Shown here: piece by piece, positions 29,791-43,239 of the stretch
Numbering within the stretch: the first letter of the stretch is position 1
Layout: every line of letters begins with the position of its first letter
DNA from: Eledone cirrhosa
Lineage: Eukaryota
Direction: 5' to 3'
Assembly (NCBI GenBank): GCA_964016885.1
Contig: OZ024743.1
Location: forward strand, 155,620,001 to 155,684,000
Length of the DNA stretch: 64,000 nucleotides
Position numbers and translations under genes: made by a program
The notes under the pieces: model-generated
What the model was told of the DNA's origin: nothing
The model's database searches: none
Seen by the model: only the letters and a program-made list of their open reading frames with translations

Positions 29791-30150
29791 CTATATCTAT
29801 GTCTACATATAATATAAAATATTGGAACTTCCATCATCCTTTTGAGAAACGTGGAACAACCACGTCTATGAAAGGATACACGTTTTACAGTCAGGTAGAA
29901 GATGAACCATATCCCAGAGGTCACTATTCTAGGTGGGAGCACCTAGAATGTTTCATATACTATGCACAAACGGCTCAATGAAGAATCTGATATATCTGGA
30001 ATATTTATTTTACTGTTTTCTTTGTATCACACAGACACCACGGACTCGCCTCATACTGTAACCAGACAAACATACAATACAGTCAATTTTTCTTTTACCT
30101 GTTTTCTCATATCATCTGTTTACCCGGGCGAAGCTGGGTACGTCAACTAG
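29790..30150 (+). mobile_element. Short non-autonomous Helitron supplying the 3' end behind element 1
   Basis: TCTATATCTATGTCTACATATAATATAAAA resembles a Helitron 5' end. The 3' end has the hairpin TACCCGGGCGAAGCTGGGTA followed by CTAG|T at 30147-30151. Confidence 0.65.
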
Positions 30151-30704
30151 TTACATTTAATGTTAATCGTATTGTATTTGATAGCATTTTCTTATTTTAA
30201 TTGAAACATTTTAGATTCATTTTATTAGGAAATCCTACTAAAGCCGCGATTCACTACATATGGTATAATAACACTTTGAGATCCAACAAAGGAAGGTTTG
30301 CCAGCATACGAGTTAGATTGCTGTGCTGCATTGGTTTGTATCGCAGGTTAAGCAGATGTTTATATCCATGAATATACCAAAGTGCCTGGATTGTATACAC
30401 AAAATGTCTCAATGACGTTCTAGGAAGTACCAAAATTAAATTATTTATTGAAATACTGCTTCAGTATTACAGAAGTATAGAATTCAAAGCTTTCCTTAAA
30501 TTACTAAATTGCTCTCTTTGCATTCTCACTAGAATGTCCTCTAATGACATTTCTTTCGTGATCTGTCATACATTCGTGGGAAACTATATCATAGAGAGTG
30601 GCATGAAACAACGACGTGACAAAACGATTGGAAGATTCTTCGGAAAACATACATACACATACATATATACATATACAGACATATATATATATATATATAT
30701 ATAC

Positions 30705-32325
30705 AGTATTTACGTATCGAGAGAGAGAAAACACGGGGAGGATAGGTGATACATATAATTATTTGCCAAGTAGCGTATGCCAAATGTGCTCGATACTAGT
30801 GCCGTCACTACTAAATATTCGAATTGTTAATAGTTAGTGGGCTAGATAGTTAGCAGAGCGTAAGCACGTGGAAAAGTAAGAAATCGGAGAATAGACCGTT
30901 AACACATGTTTATTTAAAACACCATCTACGTACGTTTCGCCCAGTTGGGCTTCTCAATGGCATAGATAACCAAATGTATTCCTTACATTGCTCGGAAATA
31001 GTTTTTGGGGTTAAATTCACGTCAAGGTTCATTGCTCGCAAAAATAGCTTGTTTTGATTTTGAAGCAGGTCAGGTGAGGTAACAATGGCCGGTGTTAGGG
31101 CAGTCTTTCCCTGACAAATTTGTATCCGTTACAAGATGAGGTTACAACCTTACCATTGTCGACACGCACAGGGTCATGTAACCAACGCTTATTTTGAGAC
31201 GTTTGTTTTTCCGCACCTGTTTGTCTGGATCGTTTGACGCTGGGTCTGGTATGCATGGTTAGTTTCCTGTGTGTTATTTTGCAGCGCCTGCCCGCCGGGG
31301 TGTTAAAACTTGTTGCAGGCAGATCCGGTGCACGGTTTCACTCCTCATCCTTAACTCATCTGAAGAAGGATATTTTTAAGCGATGCGTCAAACTCATCGC
31401 TGTTTCAGCTCTGCTGTTGATGAGCTCGTAGGCTGCAGTTATGATGTGGTAGAGCTCCATGAGGCAAAGTTCACACTTACTCATGAAGTTGTACGGTGCA
31501 GCCCTGCCGACAATATCCCAGTGCGTGGAGAAGCTGATGTTTAAGTCCTTTAGTGATGTGATGTAGTCCGCGAGCGAAGTGGAGTCTCTTAGTTTTTTAT
31601 TTGTGAAAGAGTGGAGATGTGTTCGAAACCTAATTTTGAACGGGCCGGAGGTAGCCCCTATATAATGTTTAACGCTATTGTGGCTAGTTACAGTGCATCT
31701 ATATATAACCCTATCAGTCAAGCAGTATCCTCTAAGGGGGCAGCGTCCCCTTTTGCGGCAGTTGCAATTTCTGTTGCGGTTCCTTCTAATTTCCACGGTA
31801 AGGCTATCATTGTTGCTGCCTACGTTGTTACCTACGCTCCCGCAGGTGTCATTCGCGCCATTACAAACCACAGCACGCGGGGTGGTGCGATTGTTATTCC
31901 GCACGTCATGTCCTGCATGTTCACCAATCATTTCGCGGTTATGCTGGTTGCGTCTGCGGAGGCGGTTGCCAGCACTATTGGATGCTGCTAGGGAGTTGTT
32001 AAGGCCGATATAGTTATTGTCAGGTGTAGGTGCGTCTGTGTCGAGGTGCTGTGTCTTGGTGATCTTACTGCGGTTCGTTGTTCCTATTATGTCTGCTAGG
32101 TTAGGAGTATTTGAGAAGGATATTTTTATATTGTTCCTATTAAGAATTTGTCTATACCCATGGTTGGGCGGGAAGTTCTTCTCTAAGGCTTCGAAGAATA
32201 TCCGGGGTATGTTGGAGGCCACACTCCGAGAGTAGCGGGTGGCTGGGTGGTGGAATCATAGGACGTTACGGTGGCGATTACGTGTCCTTGTGCGTTTGCT
32301 ACGGGTGGTTCCATCTAGGTGACTG
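30705..32325 (-). mobile_element. 5'-truncated PLE: RT-thumb end, GIY-YIG endonuclease ORF (31356-32222) and pLTR
   Basis: NVL*FH..YSRSVASNI..F..NRNNIKISFSNTPNL..CNCRKRGRCPLRGYCLTDRVIYRC..HYIGAT..FKIRF..HSF..CELC. An HHR relic lies in the pLTR. Confidence 0.9.
30921..30961 (-). ncRNA. Degenerate minimal hammerhead ribozyme
   Basis: Reverse complement: ccat-TGAGAA-GCCC-aact-GGGC-GAAAC-GTAC-GTA-gatgg. The CUGANGA box is damaged; the rest is canonical with a palindromic stem III. Confidence 0.55.
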
Positions 32326-32329
32326 CTCT

Positions 32330-35300
32330 TGTATATATATATATATATATATATAAATCTGAGGATGTGTGTGTTAAGGCTTGTAACGGATTCACGTCCA
32401 CAATTTCGGATTATATTCAAAGTCGGTCAATTATTGCTTTTCTTTCAGGTGAAGGTCGTGAAGCCAAAAAAATTCAAATCCATCAACAATAAAGGCAAAA
32501 ATCGATCATGATCATTCCCCTCTCTATAATTTAACTGCTTTTCTCTGTCTGTCGCTCTTCACTCCCTATATGATAACAGTGCTGTGGAGCGTTCCGTATT
32601 GAGCGTTCCGTATTATCTGGGGCATTTTCAATCGGCTTATTGCGAATAAGAACCCGCAAAATAAAACTTCATATAAAATATTAATGCTATAGACATATGA
32701 ATTGGAATGTAACCCGTGAACTCTTTCCTGGGAAAAATTATTCGAACAGACATGAATTCATTGCCAGAGTGTTCAGACTGAAACTTTGCTAAACTCATGG
32801 GTTTAATCAAAAAGGGTCAGGTATTTGAGGCTGTAAAATGTGACATGTTCACCGTTGAATTGCAAAATCGAGGGCTGCCACATGCTCACATTTTGATTTG
32901 GTTAGCTGATAAAATCAATTCAAATGCCATAAACAGCTTCATTTCAGCTGAAATCCCTAACCCAGCGACTGACCAGGAATTACATGACATCGTCAAAGCT
33001 AACATGGTCCGTGTGCGTCGGGTCCTATTGAGCATCAGACGTGTCCGAAAGGGGGGATCGTGCAGTAAGCGATACCCAACAATATTTGTTGACCAGACTC
33101 AGACTGGTGGCGGCGGGTACCCACTGTACAAGCGGAACCGGCCCCAGAACGGTCGCTTCACCACAACAGTAAAGGGAGGTCAATTCAACAATAGATGGGT
33201 GGTCCCTTACTGTCCGCTTCTCTTGAAGATGTTCAACGCCCACATCAACGCTGAGTTTTGCAACTCCGTTAAGTCGATAAAATACATATGCAAATATGTA
33301 AATAATGGCTCTGATGCCGAAATGTTCGCATTTCAAGCTGAAAATAGCAGGGACGAGGTCACCATACCTGACGGGGAGGTACATCAGATGCAATGAAGCT
33401 TGTTGGCGCCTATTTGGTTAACCCCTACACCAACGGCACCGCGACATCGTAAAGCTTGCGGTACATTTGGAAAATAGATAAAGGATTTACTTTGTGGAAC
33501 ATACCGACGCCAAGTTGGTCGCCGATCAGAAAGAGACCACTCTGACGGGATTCTTCAAACTTTTTCAGTTCGATACATTTGCGCAAATAATTGTGTATCC
33601 CCAGGTTCCATCCTACTTTATATGATCGAAAAAACACTTGGGTGCGAAGAAAGTCAGGTAAGGCTGTTGAAAGACACCCTGATGTAAAATTTGGCAGCTG
33701 TCTTCGAAGGGTTTACAATGTGCCCCCAAGTCAGCGTGAGTGCTTTCATCTCCGCCTTCTTCCGCATGAAGTTGTAGGCCCACAAAGTTTTCAAGACCTC
33801 AAAACTGTCGATGGAGAAATATGTGATACGTACCTGGAAGCCTGTTTTGAGCGTGATCTTTTGGAAGATGATTCGCAATGGGATTCCACTTTAGCATAGG
33901 CTGCTTTTTGGAAATCACCTAAAAGTCTACGGGAACTCTTTGCCATTTTGCTTCAAATATGTGAATTGGGTGTTCCCAAAACTTTATGGGTCAAGTACAG
34001 AGACTTCATGTCTGAGGACTTCCTGCGCCTGGCTCATCTGTAGTATCCTTCAGTGGAAGTTGGTTACAGCGACACTATCTACAACAGGACACTGATTGAT
34101 GTCGAGTACGCCCTCCTCGACATTGGTGGGAGTGAGTTGGCGTTAACCTTCAGAGAGGAAGCTAACACGTTGGCCCCGGATTTGTTGCGGGATACAGCAT
34201 ATGACATCGAATCTCTTTCCCAATACTTAGAGGAAAATGAGCCCAAACTTCTGTCGGACCAAAGGTTGGCTTTTTAACTATCATTGACGCGGTTCAAAAT
34301 CAGACTGGGTGTATTTACTTTTCTCAATGCTCCTGGGGGTACCGGAAATCCATTTGTAACGAAATTGATTATCACCAAGATTCGTCAGAAGAAATAGATT
34401 GCGTTGGCCGTTGCATCGTCCGGGATCGCGGCTACTTTGCTGCCGGGAGACAGGACTACACATTCAACCTTTAAACTCCCCTTGGATTTAGTTAAAACTG
34501 AGATACCAACATGCAGTATCAGCAATAGCTCAGACGAAGCTCTGGTTCTCAAAAAATATTGCCTGATTATTTGGGATGCGTGCACAATGGCACGCAAGGG
34601 TGCCCTTGAGCAATTGGACTGGGACCTGAAAGACATTAGGGATTCTACGGCTCCTATGGATGGCGTAACCCTTCTGCTATCAGGGGACTTTCTGCAACGC
34701 TCCCTGCCATCCTCAAAGGGACAAGAGCTGATCAAGTCCGTGCCTGCCTTAAGTCATCCATATTATGGCCCCAGGTGAAGGGTTTATACCTGAGCACACA
34801 TATGCGTTCTCATTTACATGGTGACAACATGTCTGCAGCATTTGCTCAGAACATTTTAGCACTTGGTGAGGGCAAGGTCATGCGGATGACAAGTCGGCAT
34901 CGCAATCTACTCCCTGCGCAACATTGTGAGCAGCCCTTCTGATCTTTGGGGAGCAGTTTTTCCTAATGTCTCATCTAACTATAAAAACCTGGATTGGCTC
35001 AGCGAAAGAGCCACCCTTGCTCCGAAAAATGCCATGGTTAATTTTATTAACGAGTAGCTGATTGAGAAGATTCCCGGTAAAGAGCACATCTTCAAATCTA
35101 GCGACCGTGAGTCAGACCCCGACTATATCGTTAATTATCCGGTTGAGTTATTAAATTCCCTTGATCTCCCACTTTACATTCTTAAGCTTAGGGTTGGCTG
35201 TCCCATTATACTAATAAGGAACTTGCGTCTAGCAAAACAGTGCAACGGTACTCGCATGGTCGTCAAGTCACTGATGCACCACTTGATTGAGGCTACCATT

Positions 35301-35919
35301 GTAACGGGGTGCGGGAGAGGGGAAACTATTTTCATTCCAAGGATGAACCTTCCCCCTCGTCGTTAGATATTCCGTTCGATGTCCGGCGATCCCAATTCCC
35401 GGTGAGACCATGTTTTGCCATGTCCATTAACAAGTCACAAGAGCAAACATTGTCGGTGGCGGGCATTCATTTGGGAGAGCCATGTTCTCCCATGGCTAAC
35501 TTTATTTTGCCTGTTCCGCGTAGGGAGCAGGAATGGACATTTTGCTTACACTCCTCAAGGAGTGACACACATTATCGTCTACAAAGAGGTGCTATAGATG
35601 TTGGTGCAGGTGTTGGAGGTGTTGGAGCTATGCCGTCTGGAAAACTATTTACTGCTAGGGTCACCCATGGCGGACAGATCTGACACCCCGCGACATCAGG
35701 GCCACCAGCTTGCAACTTTCATCTGCTAAATTCGCTATTGGAAGATTATTAACCCATCATTGATTGTCCAAAATGCTAATTGGTTCATAACTTTAAATAA
35801 CCGGTTCAACTCTTTATGAACTTAATTGATAAGCTTATTCGCTTTCAAGCCAGGTTTACCTGTATGTAACTTTTCATAGTAATTGAACAAACCCGAGCAA
35901 CGCCGGGCTAAACTGCTAG
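32330..35919 (+). mobile_element. Helitron RepHel pseudogene (element 2), 5' part of ORF deleted
   Basis: HUH motif VELQNRGLPHAHILIW, VVPY..HINAEFCNSVKSIKYICKYVN, LNAPGGTG, SSGIAATLL..THSTFKLP, LLSGDF, QFPVRPCFAMSINKSQ. The 3' end is the hairpin CCCGAGCAACGCCGGG followed by CTAG|T. The 5' boundary is uncertain (32330 or 32521). Confidence 0.9.
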
Positions 35920-36050
35920 TATATATATATATACACACACACACACATTACATTTAAAATGTACAATGTCATGGTGGAAATAATCTCGAACATGCACGTT
36001 ATCACCTTAGAATAAGCTCAAAGAATAAATCTGAGCATCTAATCGTTACA

Positions 36051-36529
36051 AAATAGGGAATGATATATATATATACATACATATATATCTAATGATATCC
36101 ACGTACAATATAACATATCAAATTTAACAGGAGATAATCCACATTGAATGTAAGAACACATGGGTCATTTCGGTATCATATTAACATTTCGGTATCATAT
36201 TAAAATTTAACAAAAATTTAGTATGTAGATACCTGATAAAAAATATATAAGTTTCTGCTTCATACGTATAATTCAGAAATCGTGATTACAATTACCCAAA
36301 AGTATAAGTGAAGTTAGATGATTGATATGGATCGGTAGTAAATGTGCATCAATCCACCTGAACTCACACACGAAAGATACATAACTGAGAACAGAGAAAG
36401 TAGCATATGATGTTAACAAAATATCACCGTATACTGTCACAGACCCATTGACGTAAAAGTGTTTAAAGACAACTTGTACGTGTACATCATTAGATATATA
36501 TGTATGTATATATGCCATTCCCTATCTTT
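36051..36529. repeat. ~55-bp imperfect inverted repeats enclosing ~365 bp (MITE-like or PLE fold-back)
   Basis: ATAGGGAATG..ATACATACATATATATCTAATGAT..CACGTACAA pairs with TTGTACGTG..ATCATTAGATATATATGTATGTAT..CATTCCCTAT. Confidence 0.65.
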
Positions 36530-36577
36530 CAATATACATGTATTTATATATGTATGTATATATATATATATATATAT

Positions 36578-38490
36578 AAAGAAAAAAAATGAAATCGAAA
36601 ATGCAACTGGGATCTTATTTTAAAAAAAATATATATATTTATTTGGTTCCTTTACCGGCTTCGCAGTTCGTCTGGGTTTAAAAAGTAGAGTTGAGATGGA
36701 GGGTCTGTCGTTTTCTCACATCTGGTGGGCCTTTGAATGTTACTTATTTTATATGGAAAAAAGTGGCTCGAGACGCAAGTTTTTTAGAGAAGTAATTTGA
36801 TTGGTTGGTCAATAAGTATAATAAATTTCGCGCCAGTTTGCATTACAAAGTTCTGCAAACAAGGGGGGCAGGGGCTCAGGTTGTTTTTTCAAATATTAGT
36901 GAAATTTGGTTGGTTGTGGTAGTCACGTGAATAAGTATATCAGCTTTCGCGTAAGTTTGTTTGAATTTCTTTTTACTTTAAAAAAGTGGCTCACAAAGGC
37001 TTTTTTAAAATAAATTTAATTTGATTTGGTATAAATGAAATTATGACAGTCATGTGAACAAGTTCATTAAATATCGCGCCCGTATTTGGGAATTTATTTT
37101 GTAGCCTTTTAGAGAATTTTATGACAAGCAAAAGATAATGGTCAAGAGAAATGGGATGGGAGAATTATTCTGGTTCAGTGAATATGGCTGGTTCGCTGGG
37201 GTGTCACAATTAAGATTTTCTATTGAAATGAAGAAAGTAGAGATATGTATGTTTATTTGTGTGCTTGTGTGTGTGTGTAGGAAGATCACGGGGGGGGGGG
37301 GAGAAGTTGTGGGGGGGGGGGTATGTGTGTGTGGGAGTATGGTTAGCATGTTAAGATGAAGAGAATATATATTTTGTGTGTGTGTGTTTTGAAATGATTC
37401 TGTTAGTAGGAATATTTTTGAATGAACATATTTTCCTTACTTATTCGTTATTTGTTCTGTTGTATTGTCAGCGCAAACGTATGTTAAGGTTTATTTAGTT
37501 CGGGTTTTTATTTTCTAAAATAGAAGGTGTTATGTTTGTGTGTATGTGTCTGTTTCGATGGGTAGCATGTTATGGTGTTGACATAATGTATATTAAACCA
37601 TAGTTAATGCTGGTCTATATTTTTGAATAAATATATTTTCCTTATTTATTCGTATTTGTTCTGTTGTATTGTCAGCGCAAAGTTAAAATGGGAAGACTTG
37701 CAATTTGGGTGTCTTATTACTTGAGCATATGTCTAGATGTGCGCTTAGTGGTATCTCTGTCTTGGTTGGATCTCGTAATGGTTGCGATGAACTGTCATTC
37801 TGTTTCTGAGTGTGAGTTTATTTTGTCCTATATAATCTTCATAGCATCCTTTATATTTAATAGCATAAAGTAGATTTTTTGATGAGCAAGTGAAGTGATT
37901 TTTTACAGCAAAATTTTGTCCTGATATAAATGTATACTTGATGTCTTCAATGAGGTGAGTGCAGGTTCCACAATTAGAGCGACCACATTTTTTGACAGTT
38001 GGTTGTGGGTTTGTGGTAGGTACTTTGGAATTGGTGAGTAATGTTTTCAGTGATTTCGATTATCTTTTGCTTTTGATTATTTTGTGCGTTTCGAGGGCTT
38101 TTTTTAATTCTTGGGTCTTGTTTCAGTAGTGGGATGTTCTGTTGGATAGTGTTGTAAGCCTCTGCATTTCTTGGGTTGAGTGTTGAGATACATGGTAGAA
38201 TATTGGCCGTACCTTGAATGTGTTTCTGTTTTCGTAATTCATCAATGCTTTAGCCCTTTCTATTCCATTATTTATTAGTAATGGTGGGTACTGTATTTCG
38301 AGTAGAATTTACTTTAATTCTTGAAGTCTTTTATTTCGCGTTTCATAATTGGAGATAATTGTGCAATTTCTTCTTGCTAGGTTAAAAGGAATGTTCGTCT
38401 TCGTGTGCTTTGGGTGGTTGGAGGTGAATAGCAGGTATTGTTTGGAATCTGTTGGTTTATAGTGTATGTCAGTTTCAATATTTGTGTCTT
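36578..38490 (-). mobile_element. Inverted copy of the 3' third (thumb, GIY-YIG, pLTR) of the adjacent Neptune-like PLE
   Basis: Reverse complement of ~40405-41925. Minus strand reads IETDIHYKPTDSKQYL..HPKHTKTNIP, KKCGRSNCGTC and FTCSSKNLLYAI..DYIGQ..LRNRMTVH. Confidence 0.9.
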
Positions 38491-38494
38491 GTGT

Positions 38495-41400
38495 GAAAAA
38501 AACGCCACCTGGTTCAACAACTACGAAATTGATTTCACAAATGAACAACATACAGGTAACCCATTTTTAAAACAAACTAAAACTCACACACCACATGCAC
38601 AACAATTAACAACACAAGTAATAAAACATGTACAACAAATAACAAAAAAGTAACAAAACGTCCAACATACCACTCAGGAAAACTTTAACGATAATCACAG
38701 AACCCATAGACAAAACTATAACCCTACTAACAAAAACCGAAGATCCACCAACACAAGGCAGGATCCGATCCGCAGATCACCACCCACACAAAACCTATTC
38801 CCAAACCGTAGACCGCTGTCCACATAGAGCCTGTTTAAAAATCGTAGATCCCAACCCACACAAAGGAAACAAATCTACAACCCGGACTTTCAACAAACCG
38901 AACCTCAATACGTCCGAAACTTATATACAAGACCACACAACAACAGGGAAATGCCATTAGATATAATAATACCATTTAAAAAAACATTTCAGAAAAATCA
39001 TTTTTTTAGACCAAAGGTACAGGACCCACAAAACATGGTGGCACAAACCGATTTTGAAAAACCGAAAATAATCAACCTTTCAAATACAAACCTCCAAGCC
39101 CAACAAGCAAAAGTTCTCTCCAAAGGACTGAAATTCACACCAACACCACAATACTCTAACCTCAATGAGATAAATGACGATATCTCACATTTCTGTCGAA
39201 AATTACGTGTCACAGAGGAATTCTTTGACAAGGAGCATAACGACCAATCAATTGTACGGAATAAAAGCAGCTGCAACCCAACAAAAGGTAGAAACAGAGT
39301 TCTGGACAAATGTTGTGACCACATAGCTACTTCCCATATCATGAACTACCGTAACCTAAACGCAAACTCAACACGAGTCGAAGGGAATGGGAGATTATCC
39401 ATGAACTAAAAAACAATACGGACATTCTAATTAAGGAATGGGGCAAGGGAAGTACTGTTGTCATTATGGATGCTGCAAAATATAAAAATTCTATGTTCCC
39501 TCTCTTACAAAATACTAATTATTATGAAAGAGTAAATAACTACCAGGAATCAAAATCAATGACCAGATTAAACACACTGATTTGTCGATACCAGGATGAC
39601 TTAACTAAAAAGGAAACGCGATTATTTAGCACATTTTGAATACAAAACCAGCAACCTTTTACGGACTTCCGAAGATCCACAAGTGTAAAATAGTTAACGA
39701 TGCCTGTAATCAATCCACCTCAATATGCCTGAACACACAATACCCCACATACCTTAAATTAAGACCAATTGTAACGGGCCCACAATGTGTAACACACAGA
39801 CTGAACAACTTTATAGACACACTACTAAAACCAATTCTCAAACACATACCAAGCCTTGTAAGAGACGATCTGGACCTCTTAAACTACCTCCCCAAACATG
39901 TCAACAACGACACTATTATTGTGTCTTTCGATGTAGTGAATCGCTACACAACGATTCCACACCAATACAGACTAGAAGCAATAGGATTCTGGCTAGAGAG
40001 ATATCCCAATGAGATAACTGGCAGAATAGAAAAAAGCTTCATCACCGAGAGATTAAAATTTATCTTACAGAAAAACTTTTTTGATTTCGATGGCAGCACT
40101 TACAAGCAAATATCGGGGACTGCGATGGGTACAAAAGCCGCTCCAACTTATGTCAACTTAGTCATGGCATACTTAGAAGTCCAGATATATGAACAGTCGA
40201 CATCAAAATACGGATTGAACTTCCACAAATACTTATCAGATAATTGGAAGCGCTACTTGGATGATTGCCGCATTATTTGGTCCCACACACTCGGCCAACT
40301 GAATGATTTCAAAAACATAATAAACAGCATCAATAACCACATCCAATTCACAATGGAATACAGCCAAGATCAACTCCCATTTCTGGACATCTTAATCTTA
40401 AAAAAAGACACACATATTGAAACTGACATACACTACAAACCACCCGGTCCCAAACAATACCTGCTATTCACCTCCAACCATCCAAAGCACACGAAGACGA
40501 ACATTCCTTTCAAACTAGCAAAAGAATATGCACAATTGTCTCCAATTATGAAACGCGAAATAAAAGACTTCAAGAATTAATGGAAATTCTACTCGAAAGA
40601 CAGTACCCATCATTACTAAAAATAATGGAATAGAAAGAGCTAAAGCAATAGGCATTGTTGAATTACGAAAACAGAAACAAATTCAAGGTACGTCCAATAT
40701 TCTATCATATATCTCAACATTCAACCCAAGAAATGCGGAAGCTTACAACACTATTCACAAGAACATCCCACTACTTATGCCAAGAATAAAAAAAGCCCTT
40801 GAAACGCACAAAATAATCAAAAGCGAAATCACTGAAATCACTGAAAACATTAATCACCAATTCCAAATTACCTACTACAAACAAACAACCAACTGTCAAA
40901 AAATGTGGTCGCTCTAATTGTGGAGCCTGCACTCACCTCATTGAAGACATCACGTATACATTTAAATCAGGACAACATTTTTCTGTAAAAAATCACTTCA
41001 CTTGCTCATCAAATACATCACAAACATAACAAGTTCTATTATAGAAAATAAAAACCCGAACTAAATAAATCTTAACATACATTTGCACTGACAATACAAC
41101 AGAACAAATACGAATAAGTAAGGAAAATATGTTCATTCAAAAATATTCCTACTAACGGTATCATTTCAAAACACACACACACAAAATGTATATTCTCTTC
41201 ATCTTAACATGCTAACCATACTCCCACACACACATAACACACAACACCCTCCCCCATTCATCTTCCTACACAAAAGCACACAAATAAACATAAATATCTC
41301 TACTTTCTTTATTTCAATAGAAAATCTGAATTCTGACACCCCAAGCGGACCAGCCATATTCACTGAACGAGAATAATTCTCCCATCCCATTTCTCTTGAC

Positions 41401-41846
41401 CATTATATTTTGCTTGTCATAAAATTCTCTAAAAGGGTACAAAATAAATTCCCAAATATGGGCGCGTAATTTAATGAACCTGTTCACGTGACAGTCATAA
41501 TTTCATTTATAACCAATCAAATTACATTTATTTAAAAGAAGCCTTCCTTAGCCACTTTTTTAAAGTAAAATAAATTCAAACACTCATATATGAAAAGACA
41601 ACCTGAGCCCCAACACCCGCCCCCCTTGTTTGAAGAACTTTGTAACGCGAACTGGCGCAAAATGTATTATACTTATTGACCAACCAATCAAATTACTTCT
41701 CAAAAAACTTGGCGTTTCGAGCCACTTTTTTTCCATATAAAACAAGTAACATTCAAAGACGAAGCAGATGTGAAAAAACCCACAGAACCTCCATCTCAAC
41801 ACTACTTTTGAAAAGCAGAAGAACTGCGAAACCGGTAAAGGAACCA

Positions 41847-41880
<34 letters not shown>

Positions 41881-41985
41881 AATAAGACACCAGTTGCATT
41901 TTCGATTTCAACTTTTTTTCTTTATACTTTCACTCGTGTGGACACCTCGGTTATTTTTCATTTTGTAAAAAATCGTCACATCCTA
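38495..41985 (+). mobile_element. Neptune-like PLE: RT pseudo-ORF (core 39636-40580) plus pLTR, with GIY-YIG deleted in this copy
   Basis: IINLS..VLSKGLKFTPTP, FYGLPKIHK, LRPIV, SFDVVNRYTTIPH, YKQISGTAMGTKAAP, WKRYLDD, LPFLDI, CGRSNCGAC linker. The sequence jumps from FTCSS (~41010) directly into the pLTR. Confidence 0.9.
41803..41842 (+). ncRNA. Degenerate minimal hammerhead ribozyme in PLE pLTR
   Basis: ctt-TTGAAAA-GCAG-aagaa-CTGC-GAAAC-CG-GTA-aag. The CUGANGA box is mutated. A mirror relic lies at ~36645-36685 on the minus strand. Confidence 0.5.
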
Positions 41986-42032
41986 ATATATATATATACA
42001 CACATATATATATATATTATATATATATATAT

Positions 42033-42110
<78 letters not shown>

Positions 42111-42183
42111 AGTGTGTGTGTGTGTGTATATAGACACACACACACATACACACATACATATATCTATATATATATATACATAT

Positions 42184-42447
42184 GTCAGTGTTGAACAAAT
42201 GAGCAACACTGGTTGCTAGAGACTGTACACCTTAATTCAGGATGTTTGTTTACAGACACACCGAGCATTATAATAAGTGTTCGGTGAATGCATACGTACA
42301 TATATATATGTGTGCATGTATGTTTATAAATATACATACTACTGTACGTCTGTATACATATATGTATGTACGTATACATACTTATATTTAAGTAACAGCC
42401 GTACTAAGAGTGAGAAATGAAATTTCGTTTCATTTTTTTCCGTTTAC
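42184..42447 (+). mobile_element. 5'-truncated copy of the 5503-5983 repeat family
   Basis: GTCAGTGTTGAACAAA..GGTTGCTAGA..CACACCGAGCATT..AGCCGTACTAAGAGTG..TTCCGTTTA is colinear with 5712-5983. Confidence 0.85.
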
Positions 42448-42483
42448 CTATATATACATATGTATATATACATATATATATAT

Positions 42484-42556
<73 letters not shown>

Positions 42557-43239
42557 TACACATATAAATGCATACATATATATATGCACCTACAATGTGT
42601 GCCTAGAGACAAACTATAATGCGTGGATGTATGGAAACTAAGGTGGCGGATAGTGTTGTTAGGGTCGCAGGAACAAGTAAAGAATATAAATCGATGTGGT
42701 TTAAAATAAAAATATGAACAATATCGAAACTGTAAATACTGAAATTCAAGAAGATTATGAAATATAAGATTATAAATATCATGGAATTATAGTGTAACAT
42801 CTAAGGGAAAATAAATATGATAACGGTAAATATGATGGTAATGACGGGTAGGTGAGTATGAGGTGGCGTGGTGGTGTTGGTGTAATGCAAATATGTATAA
42901 TATAAGGTATAAAAATAAAAATTGAAATATATAAGGTGAAAATAATAAAAAAATGAATAAATCATAAAATTGACAACAGGAAAAAAATGACGTAAAAAAA
43001 TGGTTTCATGTTATTTATGTATGGGGGAGAAAGTGAAATATTGGATTATGGAATACAATATGTGACATATGAATTAATACATAAGCGTATTGATATGTAT
43101 GAAATAAATTATTTTAATGCTGGGTTTCCCACAGTCAGTGAGGCTTAGGTGGTGGCAGTGGCTGTCGAGTTGTAGAGTCTAGACGGAGCGTCAACCACTT
43201 ACGTATACAAATATATATATATATACATGAAACATGACA

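Noticed and set aside
36578-41925. Large TIR DNA transposon or Polinton
   Set aside because: The inverted arms are PLE coding and pLTR sequence, and there is no DDE integrase or polB.
41938-42641. Many [12 protein letters not shown] ORFs here and throughout the window
   Set aside because: Translations of dinucleotide repeats.
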